A DNA stretch of 50,303 nt from an uncultured Bacilli bacterium (GCA_958421325.1 CATZLO010000003.1:1-50303); one strand, 5' to 3'. Shown: positions 41,063-50,303, counted from the stretch's first letter. Notes: generated from the letters alone by a model not told the origin. Translations and numbers: made by a program.

Positions 41063-41102
41063 GTATAATATGTTAATTTAGAGTATAATATGTTAATTTA
41101 GA
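41063..41102. repeat. Perfect 20-bp tandem duplication (gtataatatgttaatttaga x2)
   Basis: Seen directly in the divergent xerD / tmcAL intergenic region. Each unit carries a TATAAT box. Confidence 0.9.
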
Positions 41103-41168
41103 GTGATATTGATTTAGCAATTAAATAGTGTTATAATTAATAAACAAATTAAGGAAGGGGTGTTAGTC

Positions 41169-42335
41169 TTGTCTAAACATATAGTTGGTATTATTGCTGA
41201 ATATAATCCTTTTCATAATGGACACTTATATCATATGGAAAAGGTTAAAAAAATGTTTCCAGATAGGCCTATTATATTAATACTAGGTGGTAATTTTACC
41301 CAAAGAGGAGATATTTCTATCTTAGATAAATGGGAAAAGACTGCTATTGCCATTAAATATGGTATTGACTTAGTAGTAGAACTGCCCTTCCCTTTCTCTT
41401 GTGCATCGGCTGATATCTTTGCAAAGGGGGCCATTGATATATTAAATCATTTAGGGGTTACTGATTTAGTTTTTGGAAGTGAGTCAGATGATATAGAAAG
41501 CATTAAAAAACTAGTAGAAACAGAACTTTTCAATGAAGATTTTGACAGCTTAGTTCAAGTTTATTTAAGAATGGGTTATAACTACCCTACCTCACTTTCT
41601 AAGGCTTTAGAAGATATAACAGGAGATTGTTTTAGATTACCTAATGATATTCTAGGTATTAGTTATGTTAAAGCGATTTGCGCTAATAATTATAAAATTA
41701 CTCCTCATACTATAAAAAGAACTAATGATTATCATAGTAAAGATTTAAATAAAAGGAGTATATCCAGTGCAACAAGTATAAGAGAATCTTTATTAGATGG
41801 TAAAGATATAAAGAATAGTATTCCTTCTATTACTTATAATTATTTAAAGAATAAGAAAATACCTAAGCTAGATGATTATTTTAATCTCTTAAAATATAAG
41901 ATAATTAGTTCTAATGATTTAACTATTTATAATTTAGTAGATAGTGGTATTTCTACTAAACTAAAGAAAGAAATACTTAATAGTTATAGTTTTGATGAGT
42001 TAATTAATAAAGTTAAGAGTAAAAATGCTACTTATGCTAAGATATCAAGAATGTTAATTTATATATTATGTGACTATACTAAAGAGCAAGCTAGGAAGTT
42101 TAGGGATATTAAATATATTAGACTGCTTGGTTTTTCTAATAAAGGAAGGGATTATTTAAATAAGATTAAAAAAGATATAGGTATTCCTATTATTAGTAAA
42201 TTTACAAGAGAAAAGGATAGGATGCTAGAATATGAATATCAAATTACAAAGATATATTCTTTAGTTTTTGATAAAGATAAGTCTAAAAGCTTAATAGAAG
42301 CTGAATATAAGATGAAACCTATAAGGGAGGGTTAA
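41169..42335 (+). CDS. tmcAL: Nucleotidyltransferase of the UPF0348/YlbM family (tRNA-Met cytidine acetate ligase TmcAL)
   Basis: IIAEYNPFHNGHLYH HIGH-type motif and typical length. Start probably TTG 41169, 8 nt after SD GGAAGGGG; the track start is GTG 41160. Confidence 0.8.
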   Translation: MSKHIVGIIAEYNPFHNGHLYHMEKVKKMFPDRPIILILGGNFTQRGDISILDKWEKTAIAIKYGIDLVVELPFPFSCASADIFAKGAIDILNHLGVTDLVFGSESDDIESIKKLVETELFNEDFDSLVQVYLRMGYNYPTSLSKALEDITGDCFRLPNDILGISYVKAICANNYKITPHTIKRTNDYHSKDLNKRSISSATSIRESLLDGKDIKNSIPSITYNYLKNKKIPKLDDYFNLLKYKIISSNDLTIYNLVDSGISTKLKKEILNSYSFDELINKVKSKNATYAKISRMLIYILCDYTKEQARKFRDIKYIRLLGFSNKGRDYLNKIKKDIGIPIISKFTREKDRMLEYEYQITKIYSLVFDKDKSKSLIEAEYKMKPIREG

Positions 42336-42338
42336 ATT

Positions 42339-43028
42339 ATGGATAATATGGTAAAAACGAAGAAACAAGGGCTTTTAATAGTTATTTCAGGACCATCTGG
42401 TTGTGGAAAGAATAGTATAATTAATGAATTATTAAAGATAAGAAATAATATCTGGGTATCTATTTCCTGTACTAGTAGAGAACCTAGGGGTGAAGAGAAA
42501 AATGGTATCAATTATTATTTCTTATCTAAAGAAGAATTCGAAAGTGATATTAAAAATGATGAATTCTTAGAGTATGCAGAATATTCTGGTAATTACTATG
42601 GTACACCAAAAAAATATATTAAAGAACATTTAGATAAGGGTGAAGATGTAATACTTGAAATAGAAATACAAGGAGCTTTAAAAATTAAAGAAAAATTAGA
42701 TGAGACAGTATTTATCTTTATAATGCCACCTACTATGAATGAATTAAAAAGGCGCCTTATTAATAGAAAGACTGATAGTTTAGAAAAAATAGAAAAAAGG
42801 TTTAAAAGAGCTTATGAAGAAATAAATGAAATACCTAAATATAACTATGTAGTTGTTAATGATGATTTAGATAAAGCAGTTAAAAAGGTAGATGCTATAT
42901 TAGAAGCAGAAAGATGTAGAGTTGATAGAATTGAAGAAGTCTATCTAGATAGTAAAGAGGAAAGGATTCATGAAGCCTTACTCGATGATGTTAAAGACTT
43001 TGATAATTCTAAAATAGAAATAAAATAA
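42339..43028 (+). CDS. gmk: Guanylate kinase
   Basis: P-loop GPSGCGKN, TSREPRGEE..G..YYF, and the lid region. Confidence 0.9.
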   Translation: MDNMVKTKKQGLLIVISGPSGCGKNSIINELLKIRNNIWVSISCTSREPRGEEKNGINYYFLSKEEFESDIKNDEFLEYAEYSGNYYGTPKKYIKEHLDKGEDVILEIEIQGALKIKEKLDETVFIFIMPPTMNELKRRLINRKTDSLEKIEKRFKRAYEEINEIPKYNYVVVNDDLDKAVKKVDAILEAERCRVDRIEEVYLDSKEERIHEALLDDVKDFDNSKIEIK

Positions 43029-43053
43029 GCAAGGAATTAATCCTCGCTTATTT
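43028..43053. terminator. Bidirectional hairpin between gmk and pyk
   Basis: aagcaagga-attaat-cctcgctt (one mismatch) followed by attttta. Confidence 0.45.
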
Positions 43054-44469
43054 TTATATTTCTTCAATCTTCATTAGGTTAGTAATTCTCTTAGTTTCTG
43101 TATTAGGGAAACCTCCAGTAATTACAATTAAGTCTCCTTCATTAAGTTCCATAAACTCTTTAGCTTTCTCTACACTTCTAGTTAATACTTCATCAGTTGT
43201 ATCTAATAGAGGTAATGTACCAGCATAAACGCCCCAGTTTAAAGCTAAACGTCTACCAGTTTTTTCATCAGTACATAAAGCAAGTATTGGAGCATCTGGT
43301 TTTAAGTTACTAATAACTTTTGCAGTTCTACCACTGATGGTTGCAGCACAAATTAATTTAGCACTTAAAGCATTTGTACTAAGTACAACATTAGAAGCGA
43401 TAGACTTAGTAATGTTATCTAAACTTTCAATATCAAAAGCGTAATCAAAACTTGCATATTTTTCAGTAGTTTCACAAATACTAGCCATAGCAGCAACTGT
43501 TTCAACTGGATGTTTTCCAATAGTAGTTTCACCACTTAACATAACAGCATCTGTTCCATCTAATACAGCATTAGCAATATCACTAGTTTCTGCTCTTTTT
43601 GGACGAATACTATTACTAGACATCATAGTCTCAAGCATTTCAGTTGCAACAATAGATATTTTCCCGAGTCTTCTACAAGTATTAATCATTTGTTTTTGAT
43701 AGATTGGAACCATTTCACTAGGTACTTCTGTACCAAGGTCGCCACGAGCTACCATAACACCATCACTAACACTTAAGATATCTTCTAAGTTTTCAATACC
43801 CAAAGCACTTTCAATCTTACAAATTATTTGTAAGTCTTCTCTACCATGTTCTTTTAAGATTTCTTTAACTTCCAAAACATCTTCTTTAGAAGATACGAAT
43901 GAAATAGCAAGGAATTCTCCACCATGTTCACAAGCATAAATAATATCTTCACGATCTGCATCACTTACATAAGGAATATCTAGTTTAATACCAGGAACGC
44001 TCATACTCTTGCGGTTCCCTAATACTCCACCATCAATAATCTTACATGTAACTCTATCTTCGTATTTGTGGATAACTTCAAGTTTCATCTTAGCATTTTC
44101 AAGTAAAATAATATCACCAACATTAAGAGAATCAATAGCACTTGGATGATTAACAGAAAATCTCTCTTTAGTACCAGTAACTGTTTCTTTAACTATATCA
44201 ATAGTTTCACCAGGAACTAGTTCAATAGAATCATTTTCCATAATTCCACATCTAAACTCTGGACCTTTAGTATCCCAAAGAATAGCAACATTCATACCAG
44301 TTCTTTTTCTAACTTCACGGACTGATGCACATGCTTTCTCTCTTTCTTCTATAGTAGCATGAGAAAAGTTAATTCTTGCTACATTCATTCCAGCTCTAAC
44401 CATTTTTTCCATAACATCAGGTTCATTACTAGCAGGACCTATACTACAAACAATTTTTGTCTTTTTCAT
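43054..44469 (-). CDS. pyk: Pyruvate kinase
   Basis: MKKTKIVCSIGPAS, NFSHA, MVARGDLG. 471 aa. Confidence 0.95.
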   Translation of the reverse strand: MKKTKIVCSIGPASNEPDVMEKMVRAGMNVARINFSHATIEEREKACASVREVRKRTGMNVAILWDTKGPEFRCGIMENDSIELVPGETIDIVKETVTGTKERFSVNHPSAIDSLNVGDIILLENAKMKLEVIHKYEDRVTCKIIDGGVLGNRKSMSVPGIKLDIPYVSDADREDIIYACEHGGEFLAISFVSSKEDVLEVKEILKEHGREDLQIICKIESALGIENLEDILSVSDGVMVARGDLGTEVPSEMVPIYQKQMINTCRRLGKISIVATEMLETMMSSNSIRPKRAETSDIANAVLDGTDAVMLSGETTIGKHPVETVAAMASICETTEKYASFDYAFDIESLDNITKSIASNVVLSTNALSAKLICAATISGRTAKVISNLKPDAPILALCTDEKTGRRLALNWGVYAGTLPLLDTTDEVLTRSVEKAKEFMELNEGDLIVITGGFPNTETKRITNLMKIEEI

Positions 44470-44502
44470 TATTTACTTCACTCCTTCTAATCAAGCTATA
44501 CA

Positions 44503-44511
44503 ATTATAGCA
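44503..44511 (-). promoter_or_regulatory. Extended -10 element (TGCTATAAT) of a probable pyk promoter
   Basis: Minus-strand TGCTATAAT lies about 35 nt upstream of the pyk SD. The -35 is poor. Confidence 0.4.
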
Positions 44512-44583
44512 TAAATTTATTAAAATTAAAAGAGTATTTTAACTGAATTACGAAATCTCGTAACTAATTTATTACATTTTATC

Positions 44584-44612
44584 TTGATATACAGAAATTA
44601 ATATGATACCAT
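44584..44612 (+). promoter_or_regulatory. Promoter of the small hydrophobic-peptide transcript
   Basis: TTGATA (44584-44589), 17-nt spacer ending in TGa, TACCAT (44607-44612). Confidence 0.45.
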
Positions 44613-44666
44613 ATTTGTAGGAACATTTAATAGTTGGGTGGATCTCCTAGAAAGGAGATTGATATT

Positions 44667-44747
44667 ATGAGTAGAAAAGATTTATTAATAGTCTCTTTAA
44701 TCATAATTATCCTTTTACTGATAAAGTTATTATTTCTAGCAATATAA
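44667..44747 (+). CDS. 26-aa hydrophobic peptide, candidate type I toxin (not in the ORF track)
   Basis: MSRKDLLIVSLIIIILLLIKLLFLAI. The SD aggag lies inside the hairpin atctcct-agaa-aggagat (44642-44659). Confidence 0.45.
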   Translation: MSRKDLLIVSLIIIILLLIKLLFLAI

Positions 44748-44785
44748 ATAAAAGCCACCTAACTCACAACTGTTGAATTAGGGGC
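44741..44785 (-). terminator. Strand-specific intrinsic terminator (minus strand)
   Basis: Minus-strand RNA gcccctaattca-acagttg-tgagttaggtggc (~12 bp, one bulge) is followed by ttttatttatatt. On the plus strand the same hairpin lacks a U-tract. Confidence 0.55.
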
Positions 44786-44878
44786 TAATCGAAAAAATAT
44801 AATTTGGTAGGTCCACTCAACATGCGATTATTAAGTGTTCCTCATTTTTTATTGTATGTAAATTTCTTTTACATATTC

Positions 44879-44907
44879 ATAGTATCATAAATATTAACTC
44901 TTGTCAA
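44879..44907 (-). promoter_or_regulatory. Near-consensus minus-strand promoter for a ~125-nt antisense RNA
   Basis: Reverse complement reads TTGACA-17 nt (ending TGa)-TACTAT. Confidence 0.55.
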
Positions 44908-44910
44908 AAA

Positions 44911-46168
44911 AACATTAACAAATTTTATAACAAATTTTATAATGAATATAATAATGATAAAAATAACACGATAATTGAAAATGCTATGAAAAAAAGGGTA
45001 TGGAAAGCTTTTGCTTAAATATTGATATTATTAATAGTGCTCCAAATGTTTTCAATATAGAATTACCAAATACTAAAATATATTATCAAGAAGATTCTTG
45101 GTTATGTTGGCTTTATGCAGGAATTAATTTTATTGAAAATAACGTTGCAACTAATCTTAACATTTTACCTACAGATGTAAATTTATCAATAAATTATCTA
45201 TCTTTTTTTGATAAACTAGAAAAATCAAATGCTTTTTATAACATAATAATTGAAAAAGATAATTTTGATTTAAAAACTGAGGTAAATAAACAATACATAG
45301 AGGATGCTTTTTTGAGGGCGGACGTTTCACATTTTTTAAAGAACTAGTTAATAAATATGGTATAGTTCCAGAAGATGTAATGCCTAAAACACTTGATAGG
45401 AAAAACTCTGAACAGCTAAGAAGACTTTATAATGAAAAACTTAAAAAAGATATGTTTAAATTACTAAAATTAAAAGAGAATAACACTTCAAAAGATGAAC
45501 TTTATCTAAGAAAAGAAGAAATGTTAAAAGAAAATTACAATCTTTTATCTAAATGCTTGGGCTCTATTCCTCTATCGTTCACATATGAATATAAAGATAA
45601 AGATGGAAAACTAATCAAGTTAGAAAATATAACTCCTATAGAGTTAAAAAATAAATATTTATCTATCAACTTAGATGATTATGTAAGTATTGTCAATGTT
45701 CCTATCTATAATACCGATTATAATAAGCTTTATAGAAAAGAATATAATGAAAATATAGATGGCAAATATGTTGAATTTATTAATAAGCCTATCGAAGTAT
45801 TAAAGGATTTAGCAATTAAGCAATTAAAAGATGGTATGCTAGTTTATTTTGCCTGTAATATTGATAAAATGAGAGATAGAAAATCAGGTATATTAGACTC
45901 TAACTTGTATAATTACAAAGATGTATTTAATATAGATTTATTAACCAAAGAAGAATCTTTAGGTAGGTTTGACATTTATTATCAACACTTAATGGTAATA
46001 ACTGGAGTTCATATTGAAAATAATAAACCTATTAGATGGAAAGCTGAAAATAGCTATGGCGATAAATTATATAAAGAAGGTTATTATATAATGAACGATA
46101 ATTTCTTTAATGATTTTGTTCTTATGGTAATAATTAATAAGAAATATTTAAGTAAGGAAGACTTATAA
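44911..46168 (+). pseudogene. pepC: Aminopeptidase C (C1B, bleomycin-hydrolase-like) gene disrupted by homopolymer frameshifts
   Basis: Three frames together give a PepC-like protein: INKFYNKFYNEYNNDKNNTIIENAMKK / (K)GMESFCLN...NVFNIEL...QEDSWLCW... / EGGRFTFFKELVNKYGIVPEDVMPKT...VITGVH...AENSYG. Frame changes occur at the A7 run 44989-44995 and the T6 run 45308-45313. No canonical start was found for the N-terminal piece. Confidence 0.8.
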
Positions 46169-46215
46169 CTATTTAGTAGCAAACCTATAATATTAGGTAG
46201 ATATAATCCATTTTA

Positions 46216-46250
46216 AAAGACTTATGTTTTTACTCATAAGTCTTTATTTT
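46216..46250. terminator. Bidirectional terminator between pepC and mutM
   Basis: aaagacttatg-(8 nt)-cataagtcttt with T-runs on both sides. It overlaps the mutM stop. Confidence 0.6.
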
Positions 46251-47062
46251 TGGCAATTAGGACAAAAGTAAGTTCCTCTTCCCACTACTTTAGTAACAAT
46301 AAGTCTCTCGCCACAGGTTGGACATACTCCATCTTTTTTACCATGAACAGCAAGCTCATTTTGAAATAAGCCATGTACTCCTTCTGCTGATGTAAAACTC
46401 TTAATAGTAGTGCCACCCATAGTAACAGCTTTATCTAATATTTTTTTAGTATTCTTTATAATAGCATCCGCTTCCTCCATACTAATACTATCCGCTTTCC
46501 TCAAAGGGTTTATATGAGATGCAAATAAAATCTCATCATCATAGATATTACCAATACCAGTAATTATAGACTGATCAAGTAAAGCAGTTTTAATAGGAAC
46601 TTTTTTCTTTCTTAAAGATTCTAGTAAATAAGTAGGAGTTAAGCTCTTATCGTAATACTCCAATCCTAAATCAGAAAGAGGCTTTAAATTATAAACTTCA
46701 TCTTTGGGAAGACATGCCATTTTACCAAACTTTCTAACATCATTAAATCTCATATCAGTATTATCTGTAAAAGTAATAATAACATGTTCATGCTTTGCTT
46801 TAGGAACACTAGGGTCTCTAAAAAAGAATTTTCCTTCCATCCTTAAATGACATATTAAGGCTTTAGTAGTAAGAAAAATAACTATCCATTTCCCTCTTGT
46901 CGTAATAGATTCAATTCTTTCACCTACTAAATCTTTCATAAACTTATCTATATCACCAATAATTATATTATCCCAGTATACATCTACTTTCTTAATAGTC
47001 TTACCTATAATAATATGTTCTAATGTCTTACTTACTGTAATTACTTCTGGTTTTTCAGGCAT
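46244..47062 (-). CDS. mutM: Formamidopyrimidine-DNA glycosylase
   Basis: N-terminal MPEKPEV (catalytic Pro2), H2TH region, C-terminal zinc finger CPTCG...FCPNCQ. Confidence 0.92.
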   Translation of the reverse strand: MPEKPEVITVSKTLEHIIIGKTIKKVDVYWDNIIIGDIDKFMKDLVGERIESITTRGKWIVIFLTTKALICHLRMEGKFFFRDPSVPKAKHEHVIITFTDNTDMRFNDVRKFGKMACLPKDEVYNLKPLSDLGLEYYDKSLTPTYLLESLRKKKVPIKTALLDQSIITGIGNIYDDEILFASHINPLRKADSISMEEADAIIKNTKKILDKAVTMGGTTIKSFTSAEGVHGLFQNELAVHGKKDGVCPTCGERLIVTKVVGRGTYFCPNCQK

Positions 47063-47064
47063 TA

Positions 47065-47559
47065 TTAATCACTTCTTTCACTTCTTAAATCTAATTTGTA
47101 TAATCTTTCAATTCTTTGCTCTTTTTTAAAAGTATCAACTTCTCCAATAAAATTCCATCCAAATTTCTCATATAAGCCTATATGTTTTGTATATAGAAAT
47201 AATTTATTAAAATCAATATTTTCTTTAGCATTGTCATATACGCTTTCTAATAATCTTCTTCCATAGCCTTTACCTCTATATTTCTCATCTATATAGACAT
47301 TAGCAAGCCAAGGATAAATATCTGGTCTAACACTTAAATCATCATAAGCAAATTGATACATGCCAATAATTTCATTATCTAAAAACACTCCATAAGTTTG
47401 TGGCAACCTATTATCTTCCATACTGTGTTGCATAAAGCATTTAACTGCATCCTTACTATATCCATCCCGTTGGCCCCACCAATTATACATCCATTCGCTT
47501 ATTTTATCTAATGTTTCATTATCAACGTTTACTAATTTTCTAACTTCTAAATTTTTCAT
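47065..47559 (-). CDS. GNAT-family N-acetyltransferase
   Basis: Acetyl-CoA motif IDEKYRGKGYGRRLLESV. 164 aa. Confidence 0.8.
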   Translation of the reverse strand: MKNLEVRKLVNVDNETLDKISEWMYNWWGQRDGYSKDAVKCFMQHSMEDNRLPQTYGVFLDNEIIGMYQFAYDDLSVRPDIYPWLANVYIDEKYRGKGYGRRLLESVYDNAKENIDFNKLFLYTKHIGLYEKFGWNFIGEVDTFKKEQRIERLYKLDLRSERSD

Positions 47560-47572
47560 TTAAAAACTTCTC

Positions 47573-50194
47573 CTACTTAGCTTCATACCAATCATTACCT
47601 GTTTCAATATCTACTTTTAAAGGCACATCTAACTTAATAACATTTTCCATCTTATCTCTTACTAACTCTTTAACTTCCTCTAACTCATCCTTATAAACAT
47701 TTAAGACAAGTTCATCGTGTACCTGAATAAGTATTTTACTCTTTAAATTTCTTTTAGTCATTTCTCTATGCAAATCTACCATCGCTTTTTTAAGTATATC
47801 AGCAGCACTACCTTGTATAGGAGTATTAAGAGCCATTCTCTCTCCTCCGCTTCTTACCATATAGTTACTACTCTTTAACTCATCGATAACTCTTCTTCTG
47901 TTCATAATAGTAGTAACATAACCGTTCTTATAAGCCTCTTTCTTTTCTTTATCCATATATTCACTAATACCAGGATAAGTCTCTAAGTAGTTATCCATAA
48001 ACTTTTTAGCACTACCTACATCTATCTTTAAGTCTTCAGATAGACCAAAACTACTAATACCATAAAGAATACCAAAATTAACCGCTTTAGCATTTCTTCT
48101 CATGGCTTTAGTTACATCTTTAATATCTACTTTAAAGATATCACTAGCAGTCTTGGCGTGAATATCTTTATCCTCTTTGAATGATTCTATTAAATTAGTG
48201 GCCTTTGAGAGTGAGGCGAAGATTCTAAGCTCTATTTGAGAATAATCAGAACTCATAATAATAGAGGTATCTTCTGGTATAAAAGCTTTTCTTATTAATC
48301 TTGTATAATCACTTCTAATAGGGATATTTTGTAAGTTAGGTTCAGTTGATGAAAGTCTTCCTGTTCTAGTTAAACATTGATTAAAGATAGTATGAATTTT
48401 ACTATCATCTTTTATCTTATCTAAAAGTCCTACTACATAGTTTGCATAAAGTTTCGTTAGCATTCTATATTCTAAGACGTTATTTACAATAGAGTGATAG
48501 GGACTTACTTTATCTAAAATGTCTTTACTAGTAGAGTAACCTGTCTCATCTTTTTTTCTCTTTTTAGGATAAGGTAATTCTAATTTTACAAATAATACTT
48601 CACCTAATTGTTTAGGAGAGCTAATATTAAACTCACATCCTGCATCTTTATATATATCTTGTTCCATGTCTTTTATTTTAATTTCTAACTCATCTTTTAA
48701 TTTTAATAGGTAATCTTTATCTATTCTAATACCTGTTAACTCCATATCAGTAAGAACATATGCTAAAGGCATTTCTATCTCACTAAATAATTTAGTCTCT
48801 CCATACTCATCAATCTTAAGTAGAAAATCACTTTTAGTATTATAGATAAAATTGCTTTTTAAATTACATTGTTCTTTTGTCTCTTCTAACTCTACTTTTT
48901 TTCGCCTTTTTAAAGTCCCATAGGTATCTTCAAAAGATTTAATTTCTACTTTTAAATCATTCATTAAAGTGGTAATATCATCATTCATCTTATAGTCTAA
49001 TAAGTATGATGCAATCATAGCATCATAATTACAGTTATTCAATTTAATACCAAGCTTATTTAGTAAAATATAGCATTTCTTAACATCATAAGTGGCCTTA
49101 GGTGTATAATTTTCAAATAATTCCTTATGATTAATTACATCTTCACCTTTTATAAAACAAGTACCACTTTCGTTTGTAAAACTAACACTAATAATAAAAG
49201 AGTCATTATAATTATAAGCATTCATCTCTATATAAAAGGAATATTCTTTACTACTATCAAAATCTTTAACGTCTACTTCTTTTATTTCTATATTTTTATC
49301 ATTATCATGATTTTCTTCTGTACTGATATCTAGATTATTAACTTTCTTTAAAAGAGATTTAAACTCTAATTCTTTTAAAATATCTATATATTTTGTTTTA
49401 TTAAGTCCATTATATTTACAATCTTCTAGACTAAATGGAATATCTACATCTCTATAAATAGTTGCAAGGTCATAACTCATATAAGCGTTTTCTTTATTAT
49501 TAATTAGCTTCTCTTTAGTTTTAGGAGTTAACTCATCAACATGAGTATACAAGTTATCTAAGGTTTTATATTTTTCTAATAAGTTAATCGCAGTCTTTTC
49601 TCCAATTCCTTTAACACCAGGTATATGATCAGACATATCCCCCATTAAAGCCTTAAGATCAATCATATTAATAGGATCTACTTTATAAAACTCTTTAAAT
49701 ACTTCTCTATTAAATCTAATAAATCCCTTAGTCTTTAATAGTTTAACATCTACTTCCTCACTAATTAATTGTAATAAGTCTTTATCACTTGAAATAATTG
49801 TTGCGATAAACTCATATTCTTCATCAACTTTCCTAGCAAGTGTCCCTATTATATCATCTGCTTCATAATTATCTATTTCAAAATGTTTAATTCCCATTGC
49901 ATCAAGAACTTCTTTAGCTTTAGGAAACTGTAATTTTAAGTCTTCCGGTGTCTCTTTACGACCTGCTTTATATTCATTGTATTTATTATGTCTAAAGGTT
50001 TTTCCTTTATCAAAAGCAACTAAAATATAACTAGGCTTTTCTTCTTCAATAATCTTATTCATCATATTTATAAAGCCATACAAGCCATTAGTAGGAAAAC
50101 CTTTAGAATTTCTCATAATAACCCCACTATAACTAGTAGCATAGTAACTCCTAAATAAAAGATTATTTCCATCAACTAATATTATTTTCTTCAT
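47573..50194 (-). CDS. polA: DNA polymerase I
   Basis: 5' nuclease N-terminus (ILVDGNNLLFRSYYA). Polymerase motifs DYSQIELRI, RRNAKAVNFGILYG and QVHDELV. 873 aa. Confidence 0.96.
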   Translation of the reverse strand: MKKIILVDGNNLLFRSYYATSYSGVIMRNSKGFPTNGLYGFINMMNKIIEEEKPSYILVAFDKGKTFRHNKYNEYKAGRKETPEDLKLQFPKAKEVLDAMGIKHFEIDNYEADDIIGTLARKVDEEYEFIATIISSDKDLLQLISEEVDVKLLKTKGFIRFNREVFKEFYKVDPINMIDLKALMGDMSDHIPGVKGIGEKTAINLLEKYKTLDNLYTHVDELTPKTKEKLINNKENAYMSYDLATIYRDVDIPFSLEDCKYNGLNKTKYIDILKELEFKSLLKKVNNLDISTEENHDNDKNIEIKEVDVKDFDSSKEYSFYIEMNAYNYNDSFIISVSFTNESGTCFIKGEDVINHKELFENYTPKATYDVKKCYILLNKLGIKLNNCNYDAMIASYLLDYKMNDDITTLMNDLKVEIKSFEDTYGTLKRRKKVELEETKEQCNLKSNFIYNTKSDFLLKIDEYGETKLFSEIEMPLAYVLTDMELTGIRIDKDYLLKLKDELEIKIKDMEQDIYKDAGCEFNISSPKQLGEVLFVKLELPYPKKRKKDETGYSTSKDILDKVSPYHSIVNNVLEYRMLTKLYANYVVGLLDKIKDDSKIHTIFNQCLTRTGRLSSTEPNLQNIPIRSDYTRLIRKAFIPEDTSIIMSSDYSQIELRIFASLSKATNLIESFKEDKDIHAKTASDIFKVDIKDVTKAMRRNAKAVNFGILYGISSFGLSEDLKIDVGSAKKFMDNYLETYPGISEYMDKEKKEAYKNGYVTTIMNRRRVIDELKSSNYMVRSGGERMALNTPIQGSAADILKKAMVDLHREMTKRNLKSKILIQVHDELVLNVYKDELEEVKELVRDKMENVIKLDVPLKVDIETGNDWYEAK

Positions 50195-50303
50195 ATCTAA
50201 CCACTCTTTCTTTTTTTATTGTACCACACCGCTAGCTTTTTGAAAAACTATTCGCTGTGTCCTAGATTATAAGGGGTAAAGTATTTACAAATTTATGAAA
50301 ATT

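Noticed and set aside
44619-44842. The 16-nt inverted repeat flanking the small ORF as terminal inverted repeats of a MITE
   Set aside because: I saw no target-site duplication and no further copies in the window. The two mismatches are G-U-compatible only on the plus-strand RNA, which favours an RNA-structure role.
44879-44907. The minus-strand consensus promoter as the main pyk promoter with a 400-nt leader
   Set aside because: A minus-strand-specific intrinsic terminator lies about 90-130 nt downstream of it. pyk also has its own extended -10 (TGCTATAAT) near 44503-44511. Read-through regulation of pyk cannot be fully excluded.

Overview
The window is AT-rich (about 27-30% G+C by eye) and looks like a chromosomal segment from a low-GC, spore-forming Bacillota; spoIVB and spoIIM are present. 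All identifications rest on motif recognition by eye, with no database search. Most of it is housekeeping: addB-addA, two tRNAs, metal transporters (CDF, ZIP), a CBS-type family II pyrophosphatase, uppP, a PMM/PGM, murG-murB-ftsQ, hrcA-grpE-dnaK-(pepF)-dnaJ, T-box-asnS, nusB-xseA-xseB, spoIVB, spoIIM, mnmA, deoB-xerD, tmcAL-gmk, pyk, mutM, a GNAT and polA. I saw no rRNA genes, CRISPR array or intact mobile element. Decayed accessory genes are scattered through it: a truncated Rpn-family gene, a TnpB remnant, a possible DUF2726-like fragment and a frameshifted pepC. The strongest signal lies inside a 616-aa surface-protein gene between ftsQ and hrcA. Two codon-colinear ~105-nt cassettes sit 657 nt apart. 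Each is about 55% G+C and adenine-poor, and uses codons almost absent elsewhere in the window. Blocks of perfect nucleotide identity flank a core that differs mainly at codon positions 1-2. This resembles a pair of diversity-generating-retroelement (DGR) variable regions, but the window contains no reverse transcriptase or template repeat. The second signal is a compact candidate type I toxin-antitoxin locus between pyk and the pepC pseudogene. It combines a 26-aa hydrophobic peptide, a sequestered SD, 5'-3' long-distance pairing and a convergent promoter-terminator unit for an antisense RNA. Lesser items are a catalytically degenerate, half-length DinG-like protein, a four-gene orphan cassette with a strong promoter, a solitary RelE-like ORF with a consensus promoter, and phased direct repeats upstream of a DUF1540 gene.
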